Source: an uncultured Lentisphaerales bacterium (GTDB taxonomy: Bacteria > Verrucomicrobiota > Kiritimatiellia > RFP12 > JAAYLN01). From it: 64,000 nt of DNA. Below the pieces are notes generated by a model that ran no database searches, was not told the DNA's origin, and worked only from the letters and a program-made list of their open reading frames with translations. Shown in pieces: positions 61,660 to 64,000 of the stretch (position 1 is its first letter; the number at the start of each line of letters is the position of its first letter). The stretch lies in NCBI GenBank assembly GCA_964599645.1, contig CAZRGQ010000001.1, positions 11,135 through 75,134 on the forward strand. The letters run 5' to 3'. Position numbers and translations under genes: made by a program.

Positions 61660-62328
61660 TCAGATATCGTCCGGCAGTTCAATCCGGATTGTGCGCCCCA
61701 ATTTGGCCTCATCCAGCGGCGTCGCGATTGTCGGCATCTGCAGCTCGCTATCGGCCACCGGTGTCGCGGCCGGCGCGGCAACCGGGGCGGCAGCAGGAGC
61801 CGGGGTGGGCGAGCGGCCCCACAAGGTACCGGGTTCGGAGACGTACGGCACCTCGATGCTGCCACTGCAGGCCGGGCATTGTGCGAGAGTGCCGGCCATA
61901 TCGAAGGGTGCCTCGATCTCCTGCCCACAACCGCCGCAGCGAAACGACACCAGTCCCTCGGGGTTATACTGATCACTCTCGGTTGCCGCTGGTGGTGGCG
62001 GCGGCGTCGTGGCATCCTCCTCGACAAACTGCACCATTCCCGGCTTCATCGGTGCAACTGCATGCTTGGCCTTGCTGAGCGCCCGGACGCGCAACGCATC
62101 GCGCTCGGCGATGTAGATACGCTGCCCGGAACGCGGGATGCGTCCGTAGCGCCCCTTGCGGCGTACGACGTCGAGTTTGCAGATGCCCGGCAGGATAAAT
62201 CCATCGCGGGCCTCACGGTAGGCAATCTGGGCCAGTTGTGCCAAAAGAGTCTCAACCCGCGTCTTGGGAATGTCGGCTGCTGCTGCCAGCTCAGCAACCA
62301 GATCGGCTTTCAAGTATTTTTCGCTCAT
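61660..62328 (-). CDS. HU/IHF-family DNA-binding domain fused to a Pro-rich linker and a C-terminal zinc-ribbon (CxxC...CxxC) domain
   Basis: MSEKYLKADLVAELAAAADIPKTRVETLLAQLAQIAYREARDGFILPGICKLDVVRRKGRYGRIPRSGQRIYIAERDALRVRA matches the HU fold pattern (G.F.V..R..R.GRNP.TG..I.I). C-terminal FRCGGCGQEIEAPFDMAGTLAQCPACSGS. Start at M28 (62328). Confidence 0.6.
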   Translation of the reverse strand: MSEKYLKADLVAELAAAADIPKTRVETLLAQLAQIAYREARDGFILPGICKLDVVRRKGRYGRIPRSGQRIYIAERDALRVRALSKAKHAVAPMKPGMVQFVEEDATTPPPPPAATESDQYNPEGLVSFRCGGCGQEIEAPFDMAGTLAQCPACSGSIEVPYVSEPGTLWGRSPTPAPAAAPVAAPAATPVADSELQMPTIATPLDEAKLGRTIRIELPDDI

Positions 62329-62496
62329 GGACAAGTTGCTCTTTCTCTTAAGAGTTGCGTACAATAAAACAGTTAACGCCATTATGCCGCACCGGCGATG
62401 AAATGGCAACCCGTAATCGATTGCCTTTTCCTTTTGTAAGTTTCAATTGCCAAACCGGGCTTAAAATAGGATCATTGCCGCCTTCACTGAGTTTTA

Positions 62497-63024
62497 ATGA
62501 TGAAAAACGTACCAAGACCGCCCATAGAGCTGCGTGAGGTTGTCACGCCGGACGCAATCGCGACAACAGCCGCGCTGGCGCATGAGGTGTGGCACGAATT
62601 CTATAGTGCCATCCTCACGACGGCCCAGATCGACTACATGCTGGCCAAATATCAGAGCCCCGCAGCCATTGCGGCGCAACTGCATGAGGGGACGCGTTAC
62701 TTTCTGGCTTGCGCCGGCAGAGAGCCGGCCGGTTACTATGCTACCGAACTGTTGCGGGGAGAGGCCGTGCTCTTTATCAGCAAACTCTACCTCAAGGCGC
62801 GTTGGCGCCGCCATGGCATCGGAGGGCTGATGTTGACGCATATCTGCCAACTGGGCGCCGCCGCTCAAGCCGCCACACTGCGCCTGACGGTCAATAAAAA
62901 CAACCCCACTCTGGCATGGTATCATCGGCAAGGCTTTCACCGGGCCGCCTCGGTCGTCAGCGATATCGGCGGCGGCTTCGTTATGGACGACTACATTATG
63001 GAGCGTGCCGTACCGCAGGAGTGA
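62497..63024 (+). CDS. GNAT-family N-acetyltransferase
   Basis: RRHGIGGLMLTHI (acetyl-CoA-binding Q/RxxGxG/A motif) and ...WYHRQGF... near the C-terminus. Confidence 0.65.
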   Translation: MMKNVPRPPIELREVVTPDAIATTAALAHEVWHEFYSAILTTAQIDYMLAKYQSPAAIAAQLHEGTRYFLACAGREPAGYYATELLRGEAVLFISKLYLKARWRRHGIGGLMLTHICQLGAAAQAATLRLTVNKNNPTLAWYHRQGFHRAASVVSDIGGGFVMDDYIMERAVPQE

Positions 63025-63123
63025 ATATAGTATCGCACTCTCTGCCTGAAAGTGATAAATTAGCGCTTCGTTTGGTTGCCGTAGTGGCAGATAGCTCTCT
63101 CTTCAATGACTAAAGGTAGCTCC

Positions 63124-64000
63124 ATGAAAGTTTTGGTTACCGGTGGCACCGGTTTTACAGGCAAGGCACTTGTCCGACGGCTTCTCGACCTGGGACATCA
63201 GGTCGTGGCGTTGGATTACAAGGAGGGACTCAAAACCGAGGAGTTGCGCAAGTGGGGTGCTGAGGTGGTCATCGGAACGGTCACCGACCGTGACTGCGTG
63301 CGCCGCTGCATGGAGGGGGTTGATGTGGTGCAACATATCGCCGCAGCCTTCCGCGAAATGAATGTTCCCGAACAGCACTACTGGGATGTCAACGTTGGCG
63401 GCACCCGCATCTGCCTCGAAGAGGCCATGGCAGCCAAGGTCAAGAAGTTCATCTACTGCAGCACCTGCGGCGTCCACGGCAACGTCAAAAACCCGCCGAC
63501 CGACGAGGATCACAATATCGCTCCCGCCGACTACTATCAGCAGACCAAGTATGAGGCTGAACCGGTCACGCTGGAGTTCGTCCGTAAAGGGTTGAAGGCG
63601 ACCATTATCCGCCCCTCGGCCATCTATGGACCGGGTGATCCCGAACGCTTCCTGATGATCTTCAAGCGTGTGGCCAAGGGTCGTTTCCCGATGTTCGGCA
63701 GCGGCAATACTCTCTACCATCCCGTCTATATCGACAACCTGATCGATATCTTCATTCTCGCCATGGATGAGCAGAAGGGCAACGGCCGCACCTATCTGGC
63801 CGCCGATGCCGAGTACGTGCCGATCGAAGACCTCGTGCGCCGTACCGGAGTAGCGATGGGCATCGACGTCAAGATCAACCACTATCCGATCTGGCCCGTG
63901 ATCGCCGCCGGTCACTTCTTTGAGAAACTCTGCAAGCCCTTCAAAATCGCCCCTCCCATCTTCCCCCGGCGCGTCGACTGGTATCGTCAGAACCGTGCTT
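63124..64000 (+). CDS. NAD-dependent epimerase/dehydratase (SDR family), 3' end beyond the window
   Basis: MKVLVTGGTGFTGKALVRRLLDLGHQVVALD (GxxGxxG Rossmann) and ...YQQTKYEAE (YxxxK catalytic dyad). The frame is open to the window end. Confidence 0.75.
   Translation, partial: MKVLVTGGTGFTGKALVRRLLDLGHQVVALDYKEGLKTEELRKWGAEVVIGTVTDRDCVRRCMEGVDVVQHIAAAFREMNVPEQHYWDVNVGGTRICLEEAMAAKVKKFIYCSTCGVHGNVKNPPTDEDHNIAPADYYQQTKYEAEPVTLEFVRKGLKATIIRPSAIYGPGDPERFLMIFKRVAKGRFPMFGSGNTLYHPVYIDNLIDIFILAMDEQKGNGRTYLAADAEYVPIEDLVRRTGVAMGIDVKINHYPIWPVIAAGHFFEKLCKPFKIAPPIFPRRVDWYRQNRA

Noticed and set aside
1-64000. Search for tRNA/rRNA genes and CRISPR arrays
   Set aside because: No T-loop-like GGTTCGAATCC-type motifs in intergenic regions, no rRNA-like conserved stretches, and no regularly spaced direct repeats with unique spacers. 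The tandem repeats found are contiguous 12-14-nt units, not CRISPR-like.

Overview
High-GC (~65%) bacterial chromosomal window, probably from a Gram-negative/diderm organism (LolCDE-like transporter and prepilin-type pseudopilins present). Lineage is not determinable from sequence alone.

Layout:
1. 1-9.3 kb, minus strand: a division/cell-wall (dcw) cluster, mraZ-rsmH-ftsL-ftsI-murE-murF-murD-[LysM lipoprotein]-ftsW. It is non-canonical: there is no mraY between murF and murD, and a LysM lipoprotein is inserted before ftsW.
2. 9.5-16.9 kb: housekeeping genes (unknown protein, lolD/lolCE-like, purD, capA-like, rlmB-like, yggS).
3. 16.9-17.5 kb: a complex divergent intergenic region with a G11 tract, a perfect 18-bp palindrome, a 13-bp inverted-repeat pair and an extended -10 promoter.
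4. 17.5-20.1 kb: a four-gene pseudopilin operon.
5. 20.1-28.1 kb, minus strand: operon of pglE-like aminotransferase (C9 tract in codons 4-6), pglD-like acetyltransferase, pglC-like phosphoglycosyl transferase, DUF2723 (TMEM260-like GT-C) membrane protein, holA and a tandem double-FAD oxidoreductase. This looks like an uncharacterised, possibly phase-variable protein/lipid glycosylation system.
6. 28.3-45 kb: glycan-processing genes (glycoside-hydrolase-like proteins, heparinase II/III-like, duplicated beta-helix/PKD protein), then a tightly coupled 7-gene operon: TIM-barrel isomerase, amidohydrolase, NPP/alkaline-phosphatase-like, PHP, GH-like, GT-C membrane protein, SGNH esterase.
7. 45-50.7 kb: EEP nuclease/phosphatase, tcdA, and a 1161-aa secreted protein with no recognised domain.
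8. 50.7-58.2 kb: a lower-GC island with a REP/BIME-like compound palindrome, an IS200-like REP-associated tyrosine transposase (RAYT), a nucleotidyltransferase pseudogene remnant, and a type I R-M system (hsdR-hsdM-hsdS). hsdM and hsdS are separated by a 0.5-kb tandem-repeat insert flanked by 28-bp direct repeats.
9. 58.2-64 kb: esterase, sigma-54 activator, secreted hypothetical, HU-zinc-ribbon fusion, GNAT, and a partial NAD-dependent epimerase.

No rRNA, tRNA or CRISPR array was found. Many long antisense ORFs in the track are GC artefacts.
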